Below, in pieces: positions 27,286 through 38,285 of a DNA stretch of 64,000 bases. Both the position numbers and the translations under genes were made by a program. Source of the DNA: an uncultured Alphaproteobacteria bacterium (GTDB taxonomy: Bacteria > Pseudomonadota > Alphaproteobacteria > HIMB59 > GCA-002718135); the NCBI GenBank assembly GCA_902635455.1, contig CACPNW010000003.1:12295-76294 (forward strand), in the 5' to 3' direction. Each line of letters starts with the position of its first letter. The stretch's first letter is position 1. The notes beneath the pieces are model-generated. The model was not told the DNA's origin. It worked only from the letters and a program-made list of their open reading frames with translations, and did not search any database.

Positions 27286-28200
27286 CTACTCTTCCAAATT
27301 TAATATTGATCTTGCGAAATTTTTTGCACTAAAGTCCAATAAGTCCTCAGGTTTTTCTCCAAGACCAATGTAGCTTATAGGTATTTCATACTTATTTGCA
27401 ATTGAAATTAAAGCGCCTCCTTTAGCAGTACCATCTAATTTTGTAATTATTATACTTGAAACACCCAAAGCTTTTCCAAATATTTCAACTTGCTTAATCA
27501 TATTTGAACCATTTGTTCCATCTAAAACAAGAATAGTTTTTATAGAACCAGTATTAACTATTTTTGAAACAACATTTTTAATTTTTACTAACTGATTAAC
27601 AAGATTGGAATTATTTGATAGTCTCCCTGCAGTATCTATAAGCAAATATTTATAATTTTCTTTACTAAATTTTTCTGTAGCCTGATAAGCTACACTTGCT
27701 GGATCCTGATTGGGATTTCCTGAATAGAAATCACTTTTATTTCTTTCTACCCAATCTTTTAATTGTTCAATTGCGGCAGCTCTGAACGTATCACAAGCAG
27801 CAATTAAAATTCTTTTGTCATTACCAATTTTATTTGCTACCTTTCCTATTGTGGTTGTTTTACCGCTACCATTTACTCCTATAAATATCAGTATTTTATT
27901 TTCCTTTTCATCTTGTTCAAATAATTTTTTTTCTTTTGGTTTGAGAATAGTTTCAATTTCTGTTGCAAGGGTTTCCATTATAATATTTGTTATATTTTCA
28001 TCAGTTGATTTAACCGCACGGATAGAATCTATTAATTTATTAACTACATCTAAACTGACATCTGCTGAAATTAATACAGATTCCAGCTCTTCAAGAGTTT
28101 TATCATCAACTTTTTTACCTTTAAGGGAATTTAAAATATTAGAGGATAGGATATTTGAGGTTTTTTTTAAATTATTTTTAAACTTAGAAAACAAACTCAT
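27286..28200 (-). CDS. ftsY: SRP receptor FtsY
   Basis: GVNGSGKTTTIGK, DTFRAAA, DTAGRL, TKLDGTAKGG. Confidence 0.96.
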   Translation of the reverse strand: MSLFSKFKNNLKKTSNILSSNILNSLKGKKVDDKTLEELESVLISADVSLDVVNKLIDSIRAVKSTDENITNIIMETLATEIETILKPKEKKLFEQDEKENKILIFIGVNGSGKTTTIGKVANKIGNDKRILIAACDTFRAAAIEQLKDWVERNKSDFYSGNPNQDPASVAYQATEKFSKENYKYLLIDTAGRLSNNSNLVNQLVKIKNVVSKIVNTGSIKTILVLDGTNGSNMIKQVEIFGKALGVSSIIITKLDGTAKGGALISIANKYEIPISYIGLGEKPEDLLDFSAKNFARSILNLEE

Positions 28201-29456
28201 ATTCTTTTAGCTATCAGTTTATTATTTTCAACTCCCGTATAAATACATGGTATTATATTACCTTCTTTAACAGTCTCATTAATAATAACATTTAAAAAAT
28301 TTTGATCTTTGCCAAAAGATTTTTGATCTTCATTTTTTTCAACTAATATTAATTCTTTTTTACCAATTTTATTTGTAAGATGTTTTTTTAAATTTGTTAA
28401 ACCTTTCTCTCTTAAAATTTTTGCTCGATTTTTAATTATTTTTTTATCTAACTGAGGCATGCGGGCAGCAGCTGTATTTTCTCTTGGTGAGTATGGAAAA
28501 ATGTGTAAGTGAGTAAGATGGCATTCATCAATTAACTTAATTGAATCCTTAAACATCTCTTCGTTTTCTGTTGGGAAACCAGCAATAATATCAGCTCCAA
28601 AAGTAGCATCACTTCTTATAGACAATACTTTATTACAAAACTCTATTGCCATCTCTCTTGAGTGTCTTCTTTTCATTCTCTTTAAGATCATATTATTACC
28701 AGCTTGAAGGCTAATATGAAAATGTGGCATTAATCTTTTATCTGATAATATATCCCAAAACTCATTATCAATTTCTGCACAATCAATTGATGACAATCTT
28801 AATTGCTCCAATTCTGGAACTAGCTTTAGTATCCTTTTTATTAAATTTGAAAAAGTTGGTTTTGCAGGAAGATCTTTGCCATAATCAGTAATATCTACTC
28901 CAGTTAAAACTACTTCTCTATACCCGTTATTAACTATGTTTTGTATTCGATTTATAATTTCTCCTGCTGGAACACTTCTATTATTACCCCTCCCAAATGG
29001 AATTATACAAAAAGTGCAACGATGATCACAACCTTGTTGGATTTCTATATATGCTCTTGATTTTCCCTCAAATTTTTCAATTGCTGTTGGAACAGGTTTT
29101 TTTTCTAATAATATTTCTCCAACCTGAATGCTATTTTTAAAATCCAAATCCTCCCATACCATTGATTGTAATTTTTCTTTATTACCGAGTACTAAATCAA
29201 CTTCATTTAATTTATTATATTTTTCTGGATTAATTTGAGCAGCGCATCCTGTTACAATAATTTTGTTATTAGGATTATTCCTTTTTGCTTTTCTAATTTC
29301 ATACTCTACTTTTTTTTCTGCTTCAGCAGTGACTGTACATGAGTTTATTACAGTAATATTTTCTAAATTATTTTTTTTTAGATGATTTTTTATAATTTCA
29401 CCTTCATAAATATTTAATCTACAACCTAAATTTATTAAAAAATTTTTTTTATCCAT
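28197..29456 (-). CDS. mtaB: tRNA t6A37 methylthiotransferase MtaB
   Basis: LGCRLN, NSCTVT, QQGCDHRCTFCIIP radical-SAM motif; dapF-mtaB-ftsY synteny; ATG at 29456. Confidence 0.9.
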   Translation of the reverse strand: MDKKNFLINLGCRLNIYEGEIIKNHLKKNNLENITVINSCTVTAEAEKKVEYEIRKAKRNNPNNKIIVTGCAAQINPEKYNKLNEVDLVLGNKEKLQSMVWEDLDFKNSIQVGEILLEKKPVPTAIEKFEGKSRAYIEIQQGCDHRCTFCIIPFGRGNNRSVPAGEIINRIQNIVNNGYREVVLTGVDITDYGKDLPAKPTFSNLIKRILKLVPELEQLRLSSIDCAEIDNEFWDILSDKRLMPHFHISLQAGNNMILKRMKRRHSREMAIEFCNKVLSIRSDATFGADIIAGFPTENEEMFKDSIKLIDECHLTHLHIFPYSPRENTAAARMPQLDKKIIKNRAKILREKGLTNLKKHLTNKIGKKELILVEKNEDQKSFGKDQNFLNVIINETVKEGNIIPCIYTGVENNKLIAKRI

Positions 29457-29457
29457 T

Positions 29458-30276
29458 TTAAATTTCAACATATCCATGATAGCTGACTTCAGCAGGTCCA
29501 GTCATAATAGCTTCTTCATTAAATATATTTATATGTAATGATCCTTTTTCAAGCAAAACCTCTGCCTGATTATCAATTAGTTTTTTTTTCCATCCCGCAT
29601 AAACTGCTGCGCAAGCTCCACTACCACATGCTAAAGTCATACCAGCACCTCTTTCCCAAACTTTCATTTTAATTTTTTTAAAATCTACAATTTCAATAAA
29701 TTCAACATTTGTTTTATTTGGAAAAAATTTGTGATTTTCGATTGTTGGACCAATTTGGTGCAAATTTATTTTATCAATATTTTTGCCAAAAAAAACTACA
29801 TGTGGATTTCCAACATTGACACCAACTCCTTTACTAAACCCTTCTACTTCTATTGGAATATTAAGAGTATCAATTTCTTCATTTAGAGGAATATCTTTCC
29901 AATTATTTGATATTTTTCCCATATTAATACTAATATTAGTGCCTTGTTTTTCTGCAACTAGAATTCCAGCATCTGACGAAATTTTCAAAGAATTTATATT
30001 GCTATTTTCATCAAAAAGTAATTTAGCAACACATCTTGTCCCATTTCCACATGCTTCAGCTCGATCTCCGCTTGGATTAAAAATATCAATTGTAACATCT
30101 GAGTTTTTATCTTTGCTTTGACCAATAGTAATTACTTGATCACATCCAGCCCCAGTTTTACGATCAGCTAACTTTTGAATAAGATTATCGTTAATTTCAA
30201 AATTATTAGAACGCTTATCAATAATAACAAAATCGTTTCCTAAACCATGCATTTTAATAAATTTAATTTTTTGCAT
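29458..30276 (-). CDS. dapF: Diaminopimelate epimerase
   Basis: KMHGLGNDF, ACGNGTRC, GNPH, ERGAG.TLACGSG. Confidence 0.96.
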   Translation of the reverse strand: MQKIKFIKMHGLGNDFVIIDKRSNNFEINDNLIQKLADRKTGAGCDQVITIGQSKDKNSDVTIDIFNPSGDRAEACGNGTRCVAKLLFDENSNINSLKISSDAGILVAEKQGTNISINMGKISNNWKDIPLNEEIDTLNIPIEVEGFSKGVGVNVGNPHVVFFGKNIDKINLHQIGPTIENHKFFPNKTNVEFIEIVDFKKIKMKVWERGAGMTLACGSGACAAVYAGWKKKLIDNQAEVLLEKGSLHINIFNEEAIMTGPAEVSYHGYVEI

Positions 30277-30421
30277 AGATGTTTTATACCTTAATTTACC
30301 CAGAATTCTTGGAAAATTTTAAAAATTTATCAAAACTTGACTTTAATTGTATCAATACTTAGAGGGTTTCTTACAAATCCTAAATTGTAGAGTCAACAAG
30401 CTTGTTACAATTGTGATAGGT

Positions 30422-30452
30422 ACATCAGCCCACGAGTTTCGTGCCCTGATGT
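30422..30452 (+). ncRNA. Structured ffh 5' leader (candidate alphaproteobacterial ffh RNA motif)
   Basis: ACATCAG/CTGATGT outer stem and CACGA-GTT-TCGTG inner stem, ending 20 nt before the ffh ATG. Confidence 0.6.
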
Positions 30453-30472
30453 TGAATTTGTATTGGAGAATT

Positions 30473-31837
30473 ATGTTTGACACATTGAATGATAAATTTG
30501 AAAAAATAGTTCGTAGCATTAAAGGCAAAGCAATTATTTCAGAATCAGATCTTGATATTACTTTGAGGGAAATACGTATAGCTCTGTTAGAGGCAGATGT
30601 AGCCCTTGTTGTTGTTAAACAATTTATTAGTTCCGTTAAAGAGTCAATATTAGGAAAAGAAGTTTTGAAGTCAGTTAAGCCTGATCAGATGGTAATTAAA
30701 CTCGTTCAAGATGAGCTAATTAAAATATTAGGGTCAGAAGAACAGTCTATTAATATAAACTCTTCAGGTCTAACAAAGATACTTTTTTGTGGATTACAAG
30801 GATCAGGAAAAACCACAACAGTAGCTAAGCTTGCAAGCCATTTATCAAAAAATTCAAAGAAAAAGATTTTATTATCTTCAGCTGATATTTATCGTCCAGC
30901 AGCTCAAGAACAGCTAAAAATTTTAGCAGACCAAATCAATATAGTATTCTTTGAGCATAATTTAAGCGAAGTTAAAAACATAGTTCAGCAAACAATAAGT
31001 TATGCAGAGCAAAACTTATTTGACATTATATTACTTGATACTGCTGGTAGACAAGTTGTTGATCTAGATTTAATGAAAGAGCTTAGAGATATAGAAAGTT
31101 TTTTTAAACCACAGGAAACACTTCTTGTTGCTGATTCTTTAACAGGTCAAGATGCAGCTAATGTTGCAAAAAACTTTAGCGATGCTGTTAAAATTTCTGG
31201 CTCTGTATTAACGCGTGTCGATGGAGACAGTCGTGGTGGAGCTGCTTTATCAATCAAAACTATTACAAATACCCCTATTAAATTTATTGGTGTTGGCGAA
31301 AAAATTGAAAATTTTGAAATATTTCATCCTGAACGTATTGCTAAACGTATTCTTGGAATGGGTGATATTGTTTCGTTAGTAGAAAAAGCTTCAGAAAATA
31401 TAAATCAAGATGAAATGGAATTATTAGCAAAAAAAATGGCTAAGGGTAAGTTTGATTTAGAAGATTTTTCAAAGCAATTAAAGCAGATGGGCAACATGGG
31501 TGGGGTATCAGGAATTTTATCAATGCTTCCAGGTGTATCTAAAGCACAAAAATTAATGGCAGAAAATAATATTAATGATGAAATGATTAAGCACCAAATT
31601 GCAATAATCAATTCTATGACCAAAAAAGAAAAATCTGATCCTGATATAATCAAAGCTTCGAGAAAAATTAGAATTTCGAAAGGTTCTGGAACTCGTGTTC
31701 AAGATGTGAACAAGCTTTTAAAACAGTTTCTTCATTCTCAAAAAATGATGAAAAAAATGAAATCAATGGGCAAAGGAGGCGTACCCAGTGATATTTTACA
31801 AAAACTTCAAGGTAAATTGCCTCCAAAACTTAATTAG
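30473..31837 (+). CDS. ffh: Signal recognition particle protein Ffh
   Basis: MFDTL start with GGAG RBS; GLQGSGKTT, DTAGR, DGDSRGGAALS, ILGMGD, M domain. Confidence 0.97.
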   Translation: MFDTLNDKFEKIVRSIKGKAIISESDLDITLREIRIALLEADVALVVVKQFISSVKESILGKEVLKSVKPDQMVIKLVQDELIKILGSEEQSININSSGLTKILFCGLQGSGKTTTVAKLASHLSKNSKKKILLSSADIYRPAAQEQLKILADQINIVFFEHNLSEVKNIVQQTISYAEQNLFDIILLDTAGRQVVDLDLMKELRDIESFFKPQETLLVADSLTGQDAANVAKNFSDAVKISGSVLTRVDGDSRGGAALSIKTITNTPIKFIGVGEKIENFEIFHPERIAKRILGMGDIVSLVEKASENINQDEMELLAKKMAKGKFDLEDFSKQLKQMGNMGGVSGILSMLPGVSKAQKLMAENNINDEMIKHQIAIINSMTKKEKSDPDIIKASRKIRISKGSGTRVQDVNKLLKQFLHSQKMMKKMKSMGKGGVPSDILQKLQGKLPPKLN

Positions 31838-31849
31838 AAAGGAAAAACT

Positions 31850-32308
31850 ATGCCAGTAAGAATAAGATTATCACGAGGCGGTGCAAAGAAGAAACCCTAT
31901 TATAGAATTGTTGTTGCTGATTCTAGAAGAGCGAGAGATGGCAAATTTATAGATAGAATTGGAACCTACAATCCTATGTTGCAAAAAGACAACCCTGAAA
32001 GAGTAAAAATAGATTTAGATAAAGCTAAGGACTGGTTATCCAAAGGTGCCAAACCATCTGAAAGAGTTACTTTATTTTTAAGTGCTTTAGGTGTTGTGGA
32101 GAAACCAATAATTACTGAAAAAACGAAAAAACATTTACCGAAGAAAAAGGCAGAAGCGCCTAAGGAAGAAGCTGCTAAAGCAGAAGCGCCTAAGGAAGAA
32201 GCTGCTAAAGCAGAAGCGCCTAAGGAAGAAGCTGCTAAAGCAGAAGCGTCTAAGGAAGAAGCTGCTAAAGCAGAAGCTAAAACAGAAGAAGTTAAGGAAA
32301 CTAAGTAG
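31850..32308 (+). CDS. rpsP: 30S ribosomal protein S16 with repetitive C-terminal extension
   Basis: [24 protein letters not shown]...IGTYNP. Confidence 0.97.
   Translation: MPVRIRLSRGGAKKKPYYRIVVADSRRARDGKFIDRIGTYNPMLQKDNPERVKIDLDKAKDWLSKGAKPSERVTLFLSALGVVEKPIITEKTKKHLPKKKAEAPKEEAAKAEAPKEEAAKAEAPKEEAAKAEASKEEAAKAEAKTEEVKETK
32150..32277 (+). repeat. 30-bp coding tandem repeat, about 4.3 copies ([10 protein letters not shown])
   Basis: GCAGAAGCGCCTAAGGAAGAAGCTGCTAAA three times exactly, a fourth copy with one substitution, then a partial fifth. Confidence 0.95.
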
Positions 32309-32310
32309 AA

Positions 32311-32817
32311 TTGAATAAGAGTAATTTTATTCATGTTGGAACTTTTGGACCTCCTGTTGGCCTTAAAGGAGAAATAAAAGTAAACTTATTAACTTCAAGT
32401 TTTGAGTTTTTCAAAAACTTAAAAATTTATTATGGTGATAATTTTTTAGATAAATATATTTTTGATAATATGCGCACTACAAATAATAAACTAATAGTTC
32501 ATTTAGAAAACTTTTTTACACGCACAGATGTTGAAAAATTAAAGGGTAAAAAGATTTTTTCAAAATCAACTAGTTTTCCTAAAACTGAAAAAAACCAATA
32601 TTACTTTAAGGACTTAATAGGGTGTAGTGTAAATTTATTGGATGGTAATAAAATTGGTGAGGTGATTAGTGTTGATAATTTTGGCGCAGGAGATTTAATT
32701 GAGGTTAAGATGAATAGAAGAAAAATTTATATTCCTTTAGATAAAGATAATTTAATTTCAGTAAATATCGAATCCAAAGAAATTCTTGTTAATCCAATTA
32801 AAGGGGTTTTAAATTAA
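32311..32817 (+). CDS. rimM: Ribosome maturation factor RimM
   Basis: VGLKGEIK, YY..DLIG, NFGAGDLIEV; synteny. Confidence 0.92.
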   Translation: MNKSNFIHVGTFGPPVGLKGEIKVNLLTSSFEFFKNLKIYYGDNFLDKYIFDNMRTTNNKLIVHLENFFTRTDVEKLKGKKIFSKSTSFPKTEKNQYYFKDLIGCSVNLLDGNKIGEVISVDNFGAGDLIEVKMNRRKIYIPLDKDNLISVNIESKEILVNPIKGVLN

Positions 32818-33527
32818 TGCTTAAAATTAAAGTTATATCTGCGCATCCTGAAATGTTTCCAGGTACCTTAGGTTATTCTATTATAGGAAAGGCTCTTAAG
32901 GAAAAAAAATTTATGCTTGAGGTCATTAATTTACACGATTTTGGTATTGATAATCGAAAAACAATTGATGATGAGCCATTTGGCGGAGGTCCAGGAATGA
33001 TTTTAAGACCTGATGTAGTAGAGAAAGCCCTATTATCAATAAATTCTGAAGCTAAAAAGGACAAGATTCTGCGCATATTTCTAACACCATCTGGAAAAAC
33101 ATTAAATCAGAAAAAATTGACAGAATATAGTAAATTGGAAGAGTTAATTATACTTTGTGGGCGTTTTGAAGGAGTAGATCAAAGGGCAATAAATGTATTA
33201 AATTTTGAAGAAATTAGCTTAGGAGACTATATTCTAGCTGGCGGAGAGTCTGCTGCTCAAGTGTTAGTTGAAGGTTGTATTCGTCTCATTCCTGGAGTAT
33301 TAGGGCAGCCTGAAAGTTTATTAGAAGAAAGTTTTTCAAATAACCTTTTGGAGTACCCTCAATTTACACGACCAAAAGTGTGGGAGGATGCTAATAATTT
33401 TAAACATGAAGTTCCTGAGATCTTAACTTCAGGGCATCATGAAAAGATTAAAAAATGGAGACATGAAAAATCTATAGAAAAAACAAATTTGTTTAGACCA
33501 GATTTGTTAAAAAAAGATAAAATATAA
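32817..33527 (+). CDS. trmD: tRNA (guanine-N1)-methyltransferase TrmD
   Basis: [43 protein letters not shown]. Confidence 0.97.
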   Translation: MLKIKVISAHPEMFPGTLGYSIIGKALKEKKFMLEVINLHDFGIDNRKTIDDEPFGGGPGMILRPDVVEKALLSINSEAKKDKILRIFLTPSGKTLNQKKLTEYSKLEELIILCGRFEGVDQRAINVLNFEEISLGDYILAGGESAAQVLVEGCIRLIPGVLGQPESLLEESFSNNLLEYPQFTRPKVWEDANNFKHEVPEILTSGHHEKIKKWRHEKSIEKTNLFRPDLLKKDKI

Positions 33528-33537
33528 AGAGGACAAA

Positions 33538-34128
33538 ATGACTAATTTAATGGAAAAATTTGAAACAAAACAAATAGAGAAATTAGCTCAAAAAAAACGT
33601 ATACCAGCTTTTAGACCAGGAGACACACTAAAAGTTACGATAAAAATTACAGAGGGAGAAAAGTCTAGACTACAAGCATTTGAAGGCGTTTGTGTTGCAA
33701 GAAAAAATAATTCAGTTAATTCAAATTTTACTGTTAGAAAAATATCTCATGGTGAGGGCGTAGAAAGAGTTTTTCCTTTATTTAATCCCCTAGTTGAAAA
33801 AATTGAAGTTATTAGAAAAGGTGATGTAAAAAGAGCAAAGCTATATTACCTGAGAGATAGAACAGGTAAGAATGCTAGAATTGCTGATCGTGACAGAGGT
33901 GAAGAAGCAGATCAATATGATTTAGCTGAAGAAATTCAGCCTCAAGAAAAAGAAAAGAATATTGAGGAAAAAAATGATGTAGAGTCAAATAACAACTTAA
34001 AAGAAGAAAGTAAAAAATTAAAAGAGACTGAAAATACTGATACTGAAGAAGATAAAGTTGAAGCAACTAAAACAACTGATTCTAGTCAGAGTGAATCAGA
34101 AACAAAAACGGATGAAAAACAATCCTAA
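33538..34128 (+). CDS. rplS: 50S ribosomal protein L19 with acidic C-terminal extension
   Basis: [37 protein letters not shown]. Confidence 0.96.
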   Translation: MTNLMEKFETKQIEKLAQKKRIPAFRPGDTLKVTIKITEGEKSRLQAFEGVCVARKNNSVNSNFTVRKISHGEGVERVFPLFNPLVEKIEVIRKGDVKRAKLYYLRDRTGKNARIADRDRGEEADQYDLAEEIQPQEKEKNIEEKNDVESNNNLKEESKKLKETENTDTEEDKVEATKTTDSSQSESETKTDEKQS

Positions 34129-35518
34129 TCCAAAAACACTTTTTGATAAAATTTGGTCTAAACACCTTGTTGATCAACAGAGTGATGGAACGTGCTTAAT
34201 TTATATTGATAGACATTTAGTGCATGAGGTTACTAGTCCGCAAGCGTTTGAAGGGTTAAGAGATAGTAATAGAAAAGTTAGACAACCCAAAAGCACTTTT
34301 GCTGTTGCTGATCACAATGTCCCTACTTCTGATAGAACGAAGGGAATTGAAAATGAGGAGAGCCGTATACAAGTAGAAACATTGGAAAAAAATTGTGAAG
34401 AATTTGGGGTTACTATATTTCCATTATTAGATAAACGACAAGGAATTGTTCATATTGTGGGTCCTGAGCAGGGTATTACTCAGCCTGGAATGACTATAGT
34501 TTGTGGTGATAGCCATACAGCAACCCACGGGGCTTTTGGGGCTTTAGCTTTTGGAATAGGCACTAGTGAAGTAGAGCATGTTCTTGCAACACAAACATTA
34601 ATTCAGCAACCAGCGAAAAATATGCGCATTAATATAGAAGGCCCAGTTAGACTAGGAGTGACAGCTAAAGATATAATATTAAATATTATTGGTGTAATTG
34701 GTACTGCAGGAGGAACAGGTTATGTAATTGAATACACTGGTGAAGCAATTACAAATCTTTCAATGGAAGGCAGAATGACAATATGTAATATGAGTATAGA
34801 AGCTGGTGCTCGTGCAGGTCTTATTGCCCCTGATGAAAAAACATATGAATATATAAAAGATAGACCTTATGCACCTAAAGCTGAAGAATGGGATCAGGCC
34901 TTAAAATATTGGAAAACACTCCCTTCAGACGAAGGAGCAGTTTATCAAAAAGAAATTAATATAAAAGGTGATGATATTGTACCTCAGGTTACCTGGGGGA
35001 CAAGTCCTCAAGACGTTGTTTCAATTAATGGAAAAATACCAAACCCTAAAGATATCAAAGATGATAATAGAAGAAAAGCAGTTGAAAGATCTTTGGATTA
35101 TATGGGACTAGAACCAAATCAAAATATTAAAGATATTAAGATTGATAAAGTTTTTATAGGATCATGTACAAACGGAAGAATTGAAGATTTAAGGGAAGTT
35201 GCAAAAGTTGTAAAAGGAAAAAAAGTATCTATTGACGCAATGATTGTTCCAGGTTCAGGACTTGTTAAAAATCAAGCTGAAGAAGAGGGTTTAGATAAAA
35301 TTTTTATTGAAGCTGGTTTTGATTGGAGAGAGCCTGGTTGTTCTATGTGTTTAGCAATGAATCCAGATCAATTGAAACCAAAAGAAAGATGTGCTTCAAC
35401 ATCTAATAGAAATTTTGAAGGAAGGCAGGGGCGAGAAGGTAGAACTCATTTAGTCAGCCCTGCTGTTGCAGCAGCTTCAGCTATAAAAGGATTTTTTACA
35501 ATTGCAGAGGAATTGTAA
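34112..35518 (+). CDS. leuC: 3-isopropylmalate dehydratase large subunit
   Basis: [46 protein letters not shown]; ATG at 34112. Confidence 0.97.
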   Translation: MKNNPNPKTLFDKIWSKHLVDQQSDGTCLIYIDRHLVHEVTSPQAFEGLRDSNRKVRQPKSTFAVADHNVPTSDRTKGIENEESRIQVETLEKNCEEFGVTIFPLLDKRQGIVHIVGPEQGITQPGMTIVCGDSHTATHGAFGALAFGIGTSEVEHVLATQTLIQQPAKNMRINIEGPVRLGVTAKDIILNIIGVIGTAGGTGYVIEYTGEAITNLSMEGRMTICNMSIEAGARAGLIAPDEKTYEYIKDRPYAPKAEEWDQALKYWKTLPSDEGAVYQKEINIKGDDIVPQVTWGTSPQDVVSINGKIPNPKDIKDDNRRKAVERSLDYMGLEPNQNIKDIKIDKVFIGSCTNGRIEDLREVAKVVKGKKVSIDAMIVPGSGLVKNQAEEEGLDKIFIEAGFDWREPGCSMCLAMNPDQLKPKERCASTSNRNFEGRQGREGRTHLVSPAVAAASAIKGFFTIAEEL

Positions 35519-36121
35519 ATGGAAAAATTTTTAACCTTAAAGGGCATAGCTGCTCCTTTACCTATGATCAATGTAGATACTGACATGATTATTCCAAAAC
35601 AATTTTTAAAAACAATAAAGCGTTCTGGTTTGGGTAAAAACCTTTTTCATGAATTACGTTATGACTTACAAGGCAATGTTAAAAATGATTTTGTATTAAA
35701 TTGGGATCCATATAAATCAGCAAAAATATTAATAACAGGAGCAAATTTTGGTTGTGGCTCTAGTCGCGAACATGCACCTTGGTCCTTATTAGATTTTGGT
35801 TTTAAGTGTATAATTGCACCTAGCTTTGCAGATATCTTCTATAATAATTGTTTTAAAAATGGAATCTTACCAATAAAATTAGAACAAACAATAATTGATA
35901 CTTTGTTAATTGAAGCTGAAAACAAAAATACACTTACTGTTAATTTAGAAGATCAAAAAATTGTTCTTAATAATAACGAGGAATATAATTTTGATATAGA
36001 TGCATTTAGAAAGAAATGTCTAATAGAAGGATTAGACGACATAGGCTTAACTTTACAAAAAAAAGAAAAAATTGATAATTTTGAAAATATGTTACATAAA
36101 AATCAGCCTTGGATTGTATAA
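35519..36121 (+). CDS. leuD: 3-isopropylmalate dehydratase small subunit
   Basis: [26 protein letters not shown]. Confidence 0.97.
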   Translation: MEKFLTLKGIAAPLPMINVDTDMIIPKQFLKTIKRSGLGKNLFHELRYDLQGNVKNDFVLNWDPYKSAKILITGANFGCGSSREHAPWSLLDFGFKCIIAPSFADIFYNNCFKNGILPIKLEQTIIDTLLIEAENKNTLTVNLEDQKIVLNNNEEYNFDIDAFRKKCLIEGLDDIGLTLQKKEKIDNFENMLHKNQPWIV

Positions 36122-36128
36122 TTAAACC

Positions 36129-37241
36129 ATGAGTAATAAAAAAATACTTGTTTTGCCTGGAGATGGAATTGGTAACGAAGTTATGAGTGAAGTTTTACAC
36201 ATAATGGATTGGATGGCTAAGAACAAAACTTTATCATTTGATGTTTCAGAACGTTTGGTTGGAGGCACAGCTTATGACAAGGAGGGAGACTCAATAAGTG
36301 ATTCAACAATGCAAGAGGCTTTGGATTGTGATGCAATTTTATTTGGCGCTGTTGGCGGATCTAAATGGGATGGTGTTGATAGAAATAAAAGACCAGAAGC
36401 AGCTTTACTTAGATTAAGAAAAGAACTTGATTTGTTTGCAAATTTAAGACCTGCTGTTGTATTTGACGCTTTAGCAGATTCTTCCTCTTTAAAATTAGAC
36501 ATAGTAAAAGGCTTAGATATTTTGACAGTAAGAGAATTAACTAGTGGTGTTTATTTCGGACAACCAAGAGGTGTTAGTAAAATTGATGAAAATGAAGAAA
36601 AAGCCATAGATACTCAAAGTTATACAACTTCAGAAATAGATCGAATTTCCCGTGTAGCTTTTGATTTAGCTAAGCTTAGAAATAATAAGGTCACCTCTGT
36701 TGAAAAATCAAACGTTATGGAAACAGGTATGTTTTGGAAGAAGGTAGTAACAAAAATTCATAAAGATGAATTTTCCTCAGTAGAGTTAAACCATATGCTT
36801 GCAGATAATTGTGCTATGCAACTTGTTAGAAACCCAAAACAATTTGATGTAATTTTAACTGATAATCTTTTTGGAGATTTGCTAAGTGATGTTTCTGCTA
36901 TGCTAACAGGTTCACTAGGAATGTTACCCTCAGCATCTTTAGGCTCTATATCTAAAACTGGAACCAGAGCAGCTATGTATGAACCTGTTCATGGAAGCGC
37001 TCCTGATATTGCTGGAAAAGGTTTAGCAAACCCACTTGCTATGATTATGAGTTTTGCAATGATGTTAAAATATAGTTTTAACATGATTGAAGATAGTGCC
37101 TTGATAGAAAAAGCTGTGCAAAATGTTTTGTCTGGTGGATTCCGCACAGCTGATATAAAACAAGATGGTAAAACAATTCTTTCTACTTCACAAATGGGAC
37201 AAAAAGTTATTGAAGAATTATCCAAACTTGATGGCAAATAA
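36129..37241 (+). CDS. leuB: 3-isopropylmalate dehydrogenase
   Basis: LPGDGIG.EV, NLRP, DNLFGDLLSD, EPVHGSAPDIAG. Confidence 0.97.
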   Translation: MSNKKILVLPGDGIGNEVMSEVLHIMDWMAKNKTLSFDVSERLVGGTAYDKEGDSISDSTMQEALDCDAILFGAVGGSKWDGVDRNKRPEAALLRLRKELDLFANLRPAVVFDALADSSSLKLDIVKGLDILTVRELTSGVYFGQPRGVSKIDENEEKAIDTQSYTTSEIDRISRVAFDLAKLRNNKVTSVEKSNVMETGMFWKKVVTKIHKDEFSSVELNHMLADNCAMQLVRNPKQFDVILTDNLFGDLLSDVSAMLTGSLGMLPSASLGSISKTGTRAAMYEPVHGSAPDIAGKGLANPLAMIMSFAMMLKYSFNMIEDSALIEKAVQNVLSGGFRTADIKQDGKTILSTSQMGQKVIEELSKLDGK

Positions 37242-38284
37242 TGAATGAAACATATGATATAGCTATAGTTGGTGCAACTGGTAGTGTTGGAAGAGAAATT
37301 CTTCAAATATTAGAACAAAGAAAGTTTCCAATTAATAATCTTTATTTATTAGCTTCAGAGAAGTCAAAAGGATCTAAAATTGAATTTAATAATGAGGAAA
37401 TAATAGTTGATGATCTATCAAATTTTGATTTTTCAAAAACTCAAATAAGCCTCTTTTCTCCTGGAAGTACTGTATCTTCTAAATTTGCTCCACTAGCTGC
37501 TGAAAAAGGTAGTTTAGTTATTGATAATACTTCTTATTTTAGGATGCATAAAGATGTTCCATTGATTGTGCCAGAGGTGAATGCTGAAGTATTAGATGAT
37601 TATTTTGAAAAAAATAATAGAAAAAATATAATTGCCAATCCAAATTGTTCAACAATTCAAATGCTAGTGGCTTTAAAACCATTACACGATAAGGCAATTA
37701 TTAATAGAATAGTTGTATCAACTTACCAATCTGTATCAGGAGCAGGTAAAAAAGGTATGGATGAATTATTTAATCAGACACAAAATATTTATGCTAATAA
37801 ATCAGTAGAGAAAAAAAATTTTACAAAGCAAATTGCTTTTAATGCTATTCCACACATTGATTCATTTTTAGACAATGGAAATACTAAAGAAGAAGAAAAA
37901 ATGATTAATGAGACAAAAAAAATTCTAGACCCAGCTATTCAAGTATCAGCAACATGCGTGCGTATACCTGTATTTGTAGGACACGCAGAATCTATAAATA
38001 TAGAATTTGACTCACCTATTTCTTATAATGAAGCTTCTAGCTTATTAAATAATTTCAAAGGCATATCAGTTATAGACTATCGCAAAGATGAAGGATATGT
38101 AACTCCGGTAGAAGTTGCAGGAGAGGATGATGTTTATGTTAGTAGAATTAGAGAAGATACAACCGTTGATAATGGTTTGAATCTTTGGGTAGTTTCAGAT
38201 AATCTAAGAAAAGGAGCTGCACTAAATGCAGTTCAGATTGCAGAACTTGTAATTAATAAATATTCAAAAAACTTAAAAAATTAA
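37241..38284 (+). CDS. asd: Aspartate-semialdehyde dehydrogenase
   Basis: GATGSVG, NPNCSTIQM, YQSVSGAG, DNLRKGAALNAVQIAE. Confidence 0.97.
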   Translation: MNETYDIAIVGATGSVGREILQILEQRKFPINNLYLLASEKSKGSKIEFNNEEIIVDDLSNFDFSKTQISLFSPGSTVSSKFAPLAAEKGSLVIDNTSYFRMHKDVPLIVPEVNAEVLDDYFEKNNRKNIIANPNCSTIQMLVALKPLHDKAIINRIVVSTYQSVSGAGKKGMDELFNQTQNIYANKSVEKKNFTKQIAFNAIPHIDSFLDNGNTKEEEKMINETKKILDPAIQVSATCVRIPVFVGHAESINIEFDSPISYNEASSLLNNFKGISVIDYRKDEGYVTPVEVAGEDDVYVSRIREDTTVDNGLNLWVVSDNLRKGAALNAVQIAELVINKYSKNLKN

Positions 38285-38285
38285 A

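Noticed and set aside
30347-30472. N-terminal extensions given by the ORF track for ffh (similarly leuC, sdhD, atpH, DUF484, PR)
   Set aside because: Downstream ATGs with an RBS or stop-start coupling match the family N-termini; the extensions overlap leaders or neighbouring genes
31966-32334. Antisense ORF with [10 protein letters not shown] repeats, or CRISPR-like periodicity
   Set aside because: Mirror of the in-frame S16 tandem repeat; the units are contiguous with no unique spacers and no cas genes occur
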